DNA from: Octopus sinensis
Taxonomy: Eukaryota
Length of the DNA: 64,000 bases
Reading direction: 5' to 3'
NCBI RefSeq assembly: GCF_006345805.1
Contig: NC_042997.1
Coordinates: 44,268,001-44,332,000 of the forward strand
Below, in pieces: positions 12,204 through 24,539 of this stretch (position 1 is its first letter; the number at the start of each line of letters is the position of its first letter). The notes beneath the pieces are model-generated. The model was not told where the DNA came from and searched no databases. It saw nothing but the letters and a program-made list of their open reading frames with translations. The translations under genes and the position numbers were made by a program.

Positions 12204-12764
12204 TTGGGTTGTCCGGAAAGGTTGCACCGATTTTTAAAGGAAAGAAAAAGGTCAATAAATACTTGCCATTACATTTTTAATCAACCAAATATGAACTATT
12301 TTGTTGCACAATGTGTGTCCATCTTTCCTTTAACTTGAAAATACCCTCTTCCCAGAATTGAGGTGGTTTCATGGCAAAGAATTCATCAAGGTATCTTTTT
12401 TACGTAATCCGAGGAATTGAAATTTTTACCATTAAGACTATTCTGCAGAGACCTGAATAAGTGGAAATCCAAAGGAGCAATATCTGGTGAATATGGAGGG
12501 TGGGGTAACACATCCCAGCCAAGCTGCAGCAATTTTTGTCTGGTTCCCAAAGCGTCAAGTGCCGAAAATGAACTTTGTTATCTTCCATTTTAAAGGGTTA
12601 CAGAATTAACACAGGTTATAGGAACATAAACGTTCGAAAAGATAGCTTAAACCGTGCTCTAAATGGAGATGTAGTCAAATCCTATTTTGTGGACTCAACC
12701 ATGTTCTAAAATAAGTCGAAAGATAAGCTGCTATAAATCGGCACGAACTTTCCGGACAACCCAA
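12204..12764 (-). mobile_element. Internally deleted mariner element with both TIRs and TA TSD
   Basis: TIR TTGGGTTGTCCGGAAAG at both ends, flanked by TA; N-terminal MEDNKVHFRHL joined to C-terminal GWDVLPHPPYSPDIAPLDFHLFRSLQNSLNGKNF...WEEGIFKLKERW. Confidence 0.92.
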
Positions 12765-13200
12765 TATTTTATTTGGTTTTGTAGTTACATCTTCTTTAAA
12801 AAAAAAAAAAAAGAAACTGTAACCGCGTTTCAAATTCTCAGCAAGTCAAACCGAACGATTTCATAACTGAACGCATTACTTTATAATGTTTGCTTAAAAC
12901 TGATCTTTGTGGTTGCTAATGTTGTAGACTTTCAATGAAACTAGAAACTTGCTGTCGTAATTGTTTTTTTGTTTTTTTTTTTTCTCTATTTCATTATTGG
13001 AAATATGAAATGTTATAGTTTCATTATTCACTGACAATTTCTAAAGGTTTTATTACAAAGAAACTAAATAGGTGTAAAAATGTTGTTGAATAAATGAGAT
13101 CCAGTCTTTTTAAGTAACTCTCACTACATAAGTTAAAGAAACTCACAGGAGACGAAGAACTGATGTTTTAGTTGTCATGTGGAAAGGAGATCTATCTTCA

Positions 13201-13410
13201 TCATCATCATCATCATCGTTTAACATCCGTTTTCCGCGCTAGTACGGGTTGGACGGTTCGACCGGGGTCTGGGAAGCCAAGGGCTGCACCAGGCTCCAGT
13301 CTGATCTGGCAGAGTTTCTACAGCTGGATGCCTTCCTAACGCCAACCACTCCGCGAGTGTAGTGGGTGCTTTTTACGTGCCACCTGCACAGGTGCCAGGG
13401 GGGTCCGACA
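13201..13410 (-). mobile_element. RTE-LINE 3' tail fragment
   Basis: (CAT)n then gtttaacatccgttttcc...ttcctaacgccaacc. Confidence 0.85.
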
Positions 13411-14427
13411 TCGGCATCTATATTTCTTTAAAAAACAAAAACAAAAACAAAAAACATTGCTTTACCAGTGAATGTTGACAGAGATATATGTGACGTGTAG
13501 GAATTCTATTCTATGAATTATTTCTAACTTCAACAAGTCAGATGATAATTCAAAGTCTTACAAATTAGTTAAAATATTCATCAGCAATGTAATGAATGAA
13601 AACATAAAAAATTATAACTATAATTTAAATAATCAAATAAGAGGGACATTAAAATTAGCAACTATATTTTCAGTAACGAAACCCCACAAATGGAAAACAA
13701 TTTGAGACTGCAAAAAGATAATTGTACCCAGAAACCAATTCATTATCATATAATTTATCACATTTGTTTTGTTTATATTTGATAAAAATCAATTTTCAGT
13801 ACGCTCCATTCACAGAGGAATTTTTTGTTCAAAGGCAAATATAATTTAAAGCAAAAGATACTTCATAGTAAATATTCATTCATATTATATTATTATATTG
13901 TATACCAAATGTGTGTGTATTTGTGTGTATATGTGTGTATGTATGTGTGTGTGTGTATATATATGTGTGTGTGTGTGTGAATATATATATATATATATAT
14001 ATATACTTAAAATCCACTGCTTTATTTTGAGATTGCTAGTGTTAACAATACTCACAAATAAAATACAGACTGGAGTTGTAGTGCTCCAAGTGAGCTATAT
14101 TCTGTTTAATAATCTCAATGAAGACAATGAAGGCGGAAACTAGAGGAACATAATAACCACACTCAAAATCATATATATACATATATTCTTCTGCATTTAT
14201 AAAATGGATATAAAAATTCCAAATATATAAATATAAAAATACATATAAACAGATAAATATCGATGTGATACATAAAACACAGTGAATTTTAGATTTAAAA
14301 GTTATAATACATTGGTGTAATAAAAATTTGAGATGATAAAACATTAAAAGGACGTACTAAAATACCATGAAGATAATACAAAAATTTTAATTCCATCTAC
14401 GGGCCGTTTCAGAGACGTGCCAAGTAA

Positions 14428-14825
14428 TCTTTATATATAAAAGTGAGGTTGTGTGCTGTCTGTCTCCTACGATTTAGATTCCTAACTACTCCCACATTTT
14501 GCGGTGCAGTTTAGCCAAAACCGGGGTATCATATAGTCGTGATTCATATTGAGCCCTTCTGGGTATTAGCGCACATCTACGATGAGTCTACGATTAAAAA
14601 AAAAATTTACCATCAATTTTTCCCATTTTTAATGCATTTTTGGCATATATAAGGGAAGTAACTCTCTAAAAATTTATTATTAAATTTCAGAACGTAAAAA
14701 GATACAGTAACACCACCCGCTTTGTGGTTAGCCATATTGAGATGGGTATTATAATTTACATCTCTAAAAATGCTTATATAGTTATTTCCCTTACAAACCC
14801 GAGCAACGCCGGGCGATACTGCTAG
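14428..14825 (+). mobile_element. Non-autonomous Helitron
   Basis: 5' A|TCTTTATATATAAAA, 3' hairpin CCCGAGCAACGCCGGG then CTAG|T; inserted between A and T with no TSD; partial copies at 15198-15355 (-) and 15508-15834 (+). Confidence 0.85.
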
Positions 14826-16264
14826 TATGCGGTGCAGTTTAGCCAAAACCGGGGTATATATACACTCACACACACATATATATATATATACACACACACA
14901 TACATACACACATATACACACAAATACACACACATTTGGTATACAATATAATAATATAATATGAATGAATATTTACTATGAAGTATCTTTTGCTTTAAAT
15001 TATATTTGCCTTTGAACAAAAGGGACATTAAAATTAGCAACTATATTTTCAGTAACGAAACCCCACAAATGGAAAACAATTTGAGACAGCAAAAAGATAA
15101 TTGTACCCAGAAACCAATTCGTTATCATATAATTTATCACATTTGTTTTGTTTATATTTGATAAAAATCAATTTTCAGTACGCTCCATTCACAGTATGCT
15201 AGCAGTATCGCCCGGCGTTGCTCGGGTTTGTAAGGGAAATAACTATATAAGCATTTTTAGAGATGTAAATTATAATACCCATCTCAATATGGCTAACCAC
15301 AAAGCGGGGGGTGTTACTGTATCTTTTTACGTTCTGAAATTTAATAATAAATTTTACTATAAAGATTACTTGGCACGTCTCTGAAACGGCCCGTAGATGG
15401 AATTAAAATTTTTGTATTATCTTCATGGTATTTTAGTACGTCCTTTTAATGTTTTATCATCTCAAATTTTTATTACACCAATGTATTATAACTTTTAAAT
15501 CTAGTATGCGGTGCAGTTTAGCCAAAACCGGGGTATCATATAGTCGTGATTCATATTGAGCCCTTCTGGGTATTAGCGCACATCTACGATGAGTCTACGA
15601 TTAAAAAAAAAATTTACCATCAATTTTTCCCATTTTTAATGCATTTTTGGCATATATAAGGGAAGTAACTCTCTAAAAATTTATTATTAAATTTCAGAAC
15701 GTAAAAAGATACAGTAACACCCACCGCTTTGTGGTTAGCCATATTGAGATGGGTATTATAATTTACATCTCTAAAAATGCTTATATAGTTATTTCCCTTA
15801 CAAACCCGAGCAACGCCGGGCGATACTGCTAGTATGATATATTTCATATTTTTAAAACTAACACTCTCCTCTCTCTGGAGGGATTTATAGGGATGATGCG
15901 TTGTTTATTGTCTCTAATCTTTCGAATCCTCAAATTGAGATATTGAAGAAAGAGCTAAGGGAGTTTTTGAAGGACTTTTATAATCTGAACGTTGTATATG
16001 AGAACAATCCTAAAGTAACAAATTTTTCGGATATCACTCTTGATCTTAATACTAACCTCTACTACCCTTTTTGAAAACCAAATCAAACTTTCCAATGCAT
16101 CAATGTATCCTCCAATCATCCTAAATCAACTATTAATAGTATTGAAACTGCAATATCCATTAGAGTCTCAAACCTATCAGCTAATGAAAGCATTTTTAAT
16201 CAATAGGCTCCTAGCTATACTAATGCTTTAAAATTAAGCGTGTTTACTAATAATATTAAATATA

Positions 16265-16436
16265 AAAAAAGCACCCACTACACTCACGGAGTGGTTGGCA
16301 TTAGGAAGGGCATCCAGCCATAGAAACACTGCCAAATCTGACTGGACCTGATGAAGCCTTCCGGCTTCACAGACCCCAGTTAAACCGTCCAACCCATGCT
16401 AGCATGGAAAGCGGACGCTAAATGATGATGATGATG
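16265..16436 (+). mobile_element. RTE-LINE 3' tail fragment inserted in PLE1
   Basis: Family tail plus (GAT)n. Confidence 0.85.
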
Positions 16437-16711
16437 AAAACTAAAAACAAAGCTGGCCAGCATCGTGGATGAAAAGAAAGAGATCTTGGATAGCAGAAAC
16501 TCTCTATTCGATCCCCTAGAAGCCTACATTGCTAAAGATCAATATTTGTGCTGATAAAATGAAGTTTAACAATGATAGGAATAAAGGAGATAAAGTTGAA
16601 AATGAAAGTAATAACAATAATAAAATTAGTACTAAAAATAGTACTGATGTGGATACCATGGATGATGAGGATACTAACAGATGTAGAGATGGTAGTAATA
16701 AGAATTATAAA

Positions 16712-17952
16712 TCATCATCATCATCATCATCATCGTTTAGCGTCCGTTTTCCATGCTAGCATGGGTTGGACGGTTCAACTGGGGTCTGTGAAGCCAGAAG
16801 GCTTCATCAGGCCCAGTCAAATCTGGCAGTGTTTCTACGGCTGGATGCCCTTCCTAACGCCAACCACTCCGTGAGTGTAGTGGGTGCTTTTTACGTGCCA
16901 CCCGCACTGGTGCCAGACAGAGCTGGCAAACGGCCACGAACGGATGGTGCTTTTTATGTGCCACCGGCACGAGGGCCAGGCGAGGCTGGCAACGGACACG
17001 AAAAGGGGCGGTGCTGGCAACGGTCGCGAAACGGAAAGTTCTCTTACATGCCACCGGCACTGGTAACACATCTGCAATTTCCGTTGATCGATTTCCATTG
17101 ATCGATTTCGATTCTGATCCTCACTTGCCTCAACGGGTCTTCACAAGCAGAGTTTTGACATGCCACCGGCAGTGGTAGCACATCCGCAATTTCCATTGAT
17201 CGATTTCGATTCTGATCCTCACTTGCCTCAACACGTCTTCACAAGTAGAGTTTTGTGTCCCAAGAAGGGAAGGTATGCATACGTAGGCTGGCTCCATCCC
17301 ATGTAGAAGGCCACGGGTTATGGACTCACTTGTCCTGCCAATTCTTCTCGCGCACAGCACACTTCCAGAGGTCTCGGTCTCTAGTCATTTCCTCAGTGAG
17401 ACCTAAAGTTCGAAGGTCGTGCTTCACCACCTCGTCCCAGGTTTTCCTGGGTCTGCCTCTTCCACAGGTTCCCTCAACCGCTAGGGTGTGGCACTTTTTC
17501 ACACAACTATCTTCATCCATTCTCGCCACATGACCATACCAGCGCAAACGTCTCTTTTGCACACCACAACTGATGCTTCTTAGGTCCAGCTTTTCTCTCA
17601 AGGTACTTACACTCTGCCGAGTGTGAGTACCGGCATTACACATCCATCGGAGCATACTGGCTTCATTTCTAGCGAGCTTACGCATATCCTCAGCAGTCAC
17701 GGCCCATGTTTCACTGCCATGTAGCATGGCTGTTCGTACACACGCATCATACAGTCTGCCTTTCACTCTGTGCGAGAGGCCTTTTGTCACCAGCAGAGGT
17801 AAGAGCTCTCTGAACTTTGCCCAAGCTATTCTTACTCTAGCAGTTACACTTTCAGCACACCCGCCCCCGCTGCTGACTTGGTCACCTAGGTAACGGAAAC
17901 TATCAACTATTTCTAGTTTTTCTCCCTGGAAAGTGACGGAAGTTGGTCTCAG
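16712..17952 (-). mobile_element. 5'-truncated RTE-clade LINE (young)
   Basis: ORF 17326-17790 LYDACVRTAMLHGSETW...RRLRWYGHVARM...GRGRPRKTW is an RTE C-terminus; (GAT)n tail; TSD AGAATTATAAA at 16701-16711 and 17970-17980, with 17 extra nt at the 5' junction. Confidence 0.93.
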
Positions 17953-18065
17953 TTCATATAAATATGAACAGAATTATAAAGTTAGGTTTATGTCAAATGA
18001 AAGTGGAAACAAGTATGAAAATAAAAATATAAATAAAAATTTAAACGTGAATAGCTTTACATATA

Positions 18066-19986
18066 CTCTTTTTTTTTTTACTCTTATTTACTTGTTTCAG
18101 TCATTTGACTGCGGCCATGCTGGAGCACCTCCTTTTAGTTGAGCAACTCGACCCCAAGACTTATTCTTTTTGTAAGCCCAGTACTTATTCTATCGGTCAC
18201 TTTTTGCCGAACCGCTAAGTGACGGGGACGTAAACACACCAGCATCGGTTGTCAAGCAATGCTAGGGGGACAAACACAGACACAAAAACACACACACACA
18301 TACATATATATATATACATATATACGACAGGCTTCTTTCAGTTTCCGTCTACCAGATCCACTCACAAGGCATTGGTCGGCCCGGGGCTATAGCAGAAGAC
18401 ATTTGCCCAAGATGCCACGCAGTGGGACTGAACCCGGAACCATGTGGTTGGTTAGCAAGCTACTTTATTTCATGAAAGATTCGCCATTAAGGCGTTACAT
18501 AGAGGGGAGATACAATTACAGACAAACATATAGGGTGTAGTAGCTTAAAACGTTGGTGATTACAATAAAATATATATAATATTTACAATATAAAGTTTTT
18601 AAAATTAGGTATTATACAGTAGGGCACGGATCCCAGCCATCTGGGTAGAACCTTTACTTCTTGATCCGGCCACACTTACCTGGTGCCAGATATACGCAGC
18701 TTGCATGCTACAGACTTCCATCTTTTCGCAAACATGTCTCGTGACAGACACCTCTTCTCCAGCCTGATCTTACTACCGAGGTGGTAACTGAAAAAGTTAA
18801 CCAACCCCTGGCCGGATACAAAGGTACCTGTCACTATACCTTTCGTACGCGTCTTCCATTCTGTTTCTTTCAGTATGGCTACTACGCAGGAAAAACAAGC
18901 CTTCCTTTCCCTGCTGAGGAAAGGAGGTGGCACAATCTCAATGATAGACTCCGCTGATAGCTGTACTCTTCCATTCACTGACAACAGTTGTTCGGCGAAA
19001 GCAATCAGTCCCGATAACTCCGGACACTCCACGAATGCGTGCAAGACGGTTTCCCTATCCTGCTCACATCGCGGACATGTCGGCGAGACGGCACTTCCGT
19101 GCCTTGACAGCTTGTCGCGAACAGGTAACGCCGCACGGAAACACTGCCAGGCCAGGGATTTCTGGTAATTATCCAGGTACCCCGGCCCGAACGTTCTCCA
19201 GAACAGGTTGGTCAACTGATTTTCATCGTAGCCCAGGGTCTCCCCCAAGGCGTCTTCGGACTTAAACTCCACTAACCCGCTATAGAAATCCGCGGTGGAA
19301 CTCCTGTTGCCGGCATTGTCCGCCCGAGAGAGTAGTTGAAGTGCCTGACGGCACTCCAATTGCCAGTCCCCCAGCCTAGGTCTCTGCTTGATCCAATTAC
19401 CAATGTCCGTTAAGGACGTTAATCGCGGAAAGTAGAACCGAATGTGCGGTGACCACACCTGTTCTCCATCCAAGTAAAGCCAGAGGTGCCTCAACCTTAA
19501 CGCGACCTTTCGCATCTTCAGCCAAGGCATCCCTAGCCCACCCTTTAGCGGTTTCTGGCAGCAGACAGAGCGCTTTACAAGTGGCTTCCCTCCTTTCCAC
19601 AAAAAATGGAAAAGGATTCTCTCCAACTTGTTCAGCCACAAATCGGGGCAAGGCACCACGGTCAGGCGGTAGGTGACTACTGATGCTATGAACATCTGCA
19701 CCACCTCCGCCCTCCCTAGCAAGGATAACGCCCGTCCAGACCAGGTCTGGGTTAGAGCGGTCACCTTGCCGGCCACCTCACTCCAATTTTTCTCTATCTG
19801 GAGGTCTGGCCTGAACCAGACTCCGAGCAGCTTAACAAGACCTTCCGTCCAACGCCCCACTACATTATTGGACGGCATCAGCTTGCCCCTCCAGGTGCCG
19901 AGTTGCAAACTGACCGACTTGTCCTTGTTCACCTTTGCTCCTGCCACCGCCTCGTAGCTTTTTACCACACAGCCACTCCTGCGCCT
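18066..19986 (-). mobile_element. SINE family A split by a Tx1 insertion (parts 18066-18465 and 19962-19986)
   Basis: Consensus caagctacttaccacacagccactcctgcgcct is broken at ...gctactt | ttaccacac... Confidence 0.88.
18466..19961 (-). mobile_element. 5'-truncated L1/Tx1-clade LINE (RT C-terminus plus zf-RVT)
   Basis: Uninterrupted frame ...SGAKVNKDKS-like, KLLGVWF, WKGGKPLVKRSVCCQKPLKGGLG, LPVRDKL..CPRCEQDRETVLHAFVECP. Confidence 0.9.
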
Positions 19987-20442
19987 ATGGCAAACTAAGT
20001 CAAACAACATATTGTAAGCCCACTTTTAATACCAAATCTAGGGTTCGTCAGGTTATTTGGTTCATCCCTTGTTTTTCATCAAGAGTGAAAGACCTGCCAA
20101 GATTATTCTTTAAATTATTGAAAGAAAACTTCCCAAACATCATAAATATTACTCAATATGCAATAAATCATCAATAAAGCCAGCTTATTTGGTCACTCCC
20201 AATCTCGGGTCTATTATCGCTTCAATGAACAGGAATAAAATAAGATACTGTATTGATAGAAATGATAATAATAATTTTGGTAAGAACATTAAAACTGATA
20301 ATGGGAAATTCATTAATGGCACTGATGATTGTAGTAATAGAGATAGATCACCTTGTGAAATTGAATGTGAAAGAAGTATAAGAATGACTAATGATACAAA
20401 TGATAATATGAATAATAATAATAACAACAACAACAACAATAA

Positions 20443-20996
20443 ATGCCCTGATGCAGTACCAGGCAGTGGTTCTTGTGGTTTCTGATCTTAACTGATTGGA
20501 AGTGTTATCTTGTACATTGTTTTGTCTTGGTATAAAAGATGGGCTACAGCAAATACTCTGCTCAATACCACAGATTTGCTTGTCAGTTGTTTGACTTTAA
20601 CCATTCAAGCTTGTCCCTTAGTGGCTGACGATATGTGCATCTCTGATCATGAGCAGAAGTAGTGGGGGAGCATCATAGCCATGTGTTGAAAGGAATTCTT
20701 AGAGGTTTGGATAATTCACCTTTGGAAACATGGGTGTTTCGTTCAACATCTTTAAACAATCCTTATTCATGGACCTTTTGAGCGGGATGGGCTACTCAAC
20801 CGGAAGAAAATTCTAACTGAGCTGTTTATCATTCTAATATGCTGTTTATCATGTCGCACACACATGATTGTGATGCATGTGCCTGGTGTACCCTTATCAG
20901 ACGGGTAGTCATGATGGGTATACAGGGCTTCGTATATTTTACCCCCGTGTCACTTTGATGGCATGCACTGCTCTCTCACTCAATAATAATAATAAC

Positions 20997-21054
<58 letters not shown>
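20443..21054 (+). mobile_element. 3' end/UTR of an unclassified LINE or SINE with (AAT)n tail, inserted in PLE1
   Basis: Interrupts the Asn-rich PLE frame at an AAC/AAT run and ends in a long (AAT)n. Confidence 0.55.
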
Positions 21055-21057
<3 letters not shown>

Positions 21058-21954
21058 TAAATAAACCTGAAATTAGCATGAATGAAAGTACAAATAATAC
21101 TGTGGATCCCAACATTGGAAGGACAGATGCAATCAGTATGCTGAATGATGCTAACAGGAGACCCCATAAAGGGCGCAAAAAGTGTTATTGTAGGGACCCC
21201 CTAAGATGTCCAATTAGCGGAAATTGTTCCCAGGATAATGTTATTTATAAATGTAGCACTGAAATGCAAAATGGCCAGAGAAAAATATATATTGGTAGTT
21301 CGATAGTCTTCAACCAGAGGTACCGAAACCACCTAAGTTCTTTTAACGATCCTAAATATAGGATATCTACAGCATTGGCATCATATGTAAATGACCTTAA
21401 AGAAAGGAATATTACATTCAAATTATCATGGTCTATCCTTGCACACACACACCCCTCCCCATATGGAATCGGATCCACTAGATGTGGTTTGTACACCAGA
21501 GAAGCATAGTTTATATTGGAAAACTATAATCATGCTATGTTGAATAAGTTTACTGATACAATACCAGCTTGTACACATTGGATCCACTCTACGTTCTTGA
21601 AGAAATTTAAAAATAAAAATAAAAATAAAAATAAAGATAAAAATTAGAAATAATAATAATAATAATCAAAATATAATTAAAACATAATATGATAATTAAA
21701 TAATTAAAAAAATAACAATAGGTATAGTATAAGGTTGCAAAAGTGTAATAGGTATGATTTGAACATAGATAACTAATATCACAAAAACATGAACTTAGCA
21801 CATGCCTTTACCATAGTCTTCTGATTATATGCTAATTAGGTAATATTAGATAACTATAAATGTTGGTAAGTGCAATGTCTTAATTTTTTCGGGTGGTTGG
21901 TATGTAATTGTATAATTGTATTTCTGTATTTGTTTTTTCTGTATTGTGTGAAAA

Positions 21955-22037
21955 CACCTTGATGAGGGGAGTGTCAGTTTTAAAAATATGAAATACATCA
22001 TATTACTTGGCACGTCTCTGAAACGGCCCGTAGATGG
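21955..22037 (+). ncRNA. Type I hammerhead in the PLE1 3' pLTR (long stem II, degraded stem I)
   Basis: CACC TTGATGA GGGGAGTGTCAG...TTGGCAC(G)TCTCT GAA ACG-GCC-CGT A GATG. Confidence 0.65.
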
Positions 22038-23277
22038 AATTAAAATTTTTGTATTATCTTCATGGTATTTTAGTACGTCCTTTTAATGTTTTATCATCTC
22101 AAATTTTTATTACACCAATGTATTATAACTTTTAAATCTAAAATTCACTGTGTTTTATGTATCACATCGATATTTATCTATTTATATGTATTTTTATATT
22201 TATATATTTGGAATTTTTATATCCATTTTATAAATGCAGAAGAATATATGTATATATTTGATTTTGAGTGTGGTTATTATGTTCCTCTAGTTTCCACCTT
22301 CATTGTCTCCATTGAGATTATTAAGTGGTATATTTATATATATATATATACATATACATACATGTGTGTGTGTGTATGTATGTATGTATGTATGTAAAAT
22401 GGTCAGTCAAGTGACCGTAGTAAGATACAATTTCTTAGTTTCTAACGGAAACACAGCTTGTATAGAGAATTCAGAGACAACAGATGACGTGATAATTGAT
22501 CAATAAATTTATTAATCAATGTGTCAAATACAGTTCATCCAACATCAAGGTCAGACAGAAAATTCTAAAATGATAGGTACTATACAAATCCAATTCAAAA
22601 GCAAGTAAGGTTGCTAAAAATGTGATAATCAAATCTATAAATAAACGGAATGAGAAAGGTTGTTTTGTACTATAATTGTTTCAAAAGCACATCTTATGTG
22701 TGTTATGTAACATTATGAATCTCCCGTAAATGTAGTATTTCCTCATCCGGTACATTCAGCCTTTCTACTTGGAGAAAATACACTGGACAGTTGCAGGACA
22801 TTTGTAATGTTATGTAACATGCATCCAATGTACTTTTGAAAGTGTTGTTGAACTCAACGGCCTCTTCCATTCAATTTATTTACATATATACCATAACAGG
22901 TAAATTGTGATACACCAATATATGATTGTAGCAAAAATCATATATATCTGGGAATTTGTAAATGTTTTATATCACCAACTGGTATAAAGTAATCTTTATT
23001 CATACTTATTTTTTCAGTTTCATTTTAATAGATAACACAGTTTATATAGTTACACTTTAAAACAAGAAATCTATTATTAATTAACTTTAAAACATTTGGT
23101 GCAATTTTATTTTTAACAATTCATTCTAACTCTTATTCTTGAGGTTTATTATGTTCCTTAAAAGGTTCATTAAGTTTCCTAAAAATTCTTGTGGAAACAC
23201 ATTAAACATTCAACAAATGCTACAGAAAATGGTTTTGGATAAACATTCAATACTTTATCACCTACTTGATATATATA

Positions 23278-23690
23278 TATTGTTATATTTCGGAATGGTC
23301 ATTTTGCCAGTTTAGCCAATAAAAACACACGCACTATATATTTGGTGTTACTTTGCTTTGGTGTTATTTATTTTTTACATTAATCTTTATCTTATTTCGA
23401 CCAGAGTTCTTTCGTCACACTCCTGTGACCGCATCAGTGGTCCTTTGTTTTCTTCTTTCTTATTTGTGTCTCTCCTTACTAACCATTAGCCATTTTGTAT
23501 TTCTATTCTATGTCTTCATTTGCGCATGCTTATATCTCTATGTGCGTCTATGTTTATTTAGTGTGTGTATGTGGGGGGATGCCTGTAATATTTGTATCTT
23601 CTGTTTATATACGTTCATGTATTGTTTTTGTTTATTCTTATTTTATTGGCTAAACTGGCAAAATGACCATTCCGAAATATAACAATATCT
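23278..23690. mobile_element. Approx. 410-bp pLTR-like element with approx. 48-bp terminal inverted repeats
   Basis: tattgttatatttcggaatggtcattttgccagtttagccaataaaaa and its reverse complement at 23641-23688; internal hammerhead. Confidence 0.75.
23399..23442 (-). ncRNA. Minimal type I hammerhead (A9 changed to C)
   Basis: GACCA CTGATGC G GTCAC-AGGAGT-GTGAC GAA AG-AA-CT C TGGTC. Confidence 0.72.
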
Positions 23691-23742
23691 GTTTCAACAC
23701 ACGACTTCACATAAAAAATCTTGCACAACAAATATTTAAACG

Positions 23743-23803
<61 letters not shown>

Positions 23804-24539
23804 TATATATAAATGGATGAATGAATTATCCTTTGTTTACTGTTAACATGGAAAATTCAATAAACAGTTACCAGGGTAGCAAAATTCACGCAAGTAACAA
23901 GGATGTTGCAACACTAGTGAGGTGACCAAATAACTTGCAAGGCAAAGACCCTTTGACAGTGGGGTGGGATATTGAGGGAGGTAAATCTGTGCTAGGTGAT
24001 GTGAATGATAGAGGAACAGAAACAGGTGTGTTGCTGTTGAGGAGATTCAGGGTTAGCCCAGTCAGAGGAAGAGCATGAACAAGAGAGGGTGAGCAAGAGA
24101 GAGAGAGAGAGAACAAGACAAAAGTGAGAGGGAGCAAAAGTAAGAGATAGAGAGAGTAAGAGAGATTGTGGTAACGTGCCAGAGCATACTCTTGAGGTAT
24201 GAGGATGTGGATATAATTGGGATGGCAGAGGATTGCCAAAGGTATGTAAGTAGGGTTCATGTGAATGCGAAAGGAGGTGGGGGGGATGCAGTGACTGGTA
24301 AGATATGTGTATATAGGGTGGGGACAACTGGATAGTGGTGATACAGCCGGTAGGGCAGGGAAGACAGAATTAGGCTGCAGGAGTGGGGAGGAAGAGATAT
24401 GCATAGTACATGAAGAAGAGGAGATGTGAGGAAGAGAAGGGGAGATGTAGGTTCGCTTCTTGGGGCAGGGTGTGTGAAAAATTTTATGTTACATGTGGGT
24501 GGAACACACAGTGCTTCCAGAACTCAGCTTCACTGAGGT

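Larger units (their letters stand above)
14030..22330 (+). mobile_element. Penelope-like element 1 (5'-truncated RT, Asn-rich linkers, GIY-YIG) with inverted 5' pLTR and 3' pLTR; heavily nested
   Basis: RT GGIYRDDALF...NHPKS at 15875-16260; QVIWFIPCFS...PNLGSII at 20010-20440; GIY-YIG CYCRDPLRCPISGNC..VIYKC..IYIGSS..RYRNH at 21055-21600; 14030-14427 plus 15835-15870 is the reverse complement of 21965-22330. Confidence 0.88.

Noticed and set aside
19962-20010. N-terminus MLFDLVCHRRRSGCVV of the 444-aa ORF
   Set aside because: Derived from the SINE head and PLE flank, not part of the Tx1 protein.
22700-22990. Possible GIY-YIG remnant (SYIGVS) on the minus strand
   Set aside because: Too degraded to assign.
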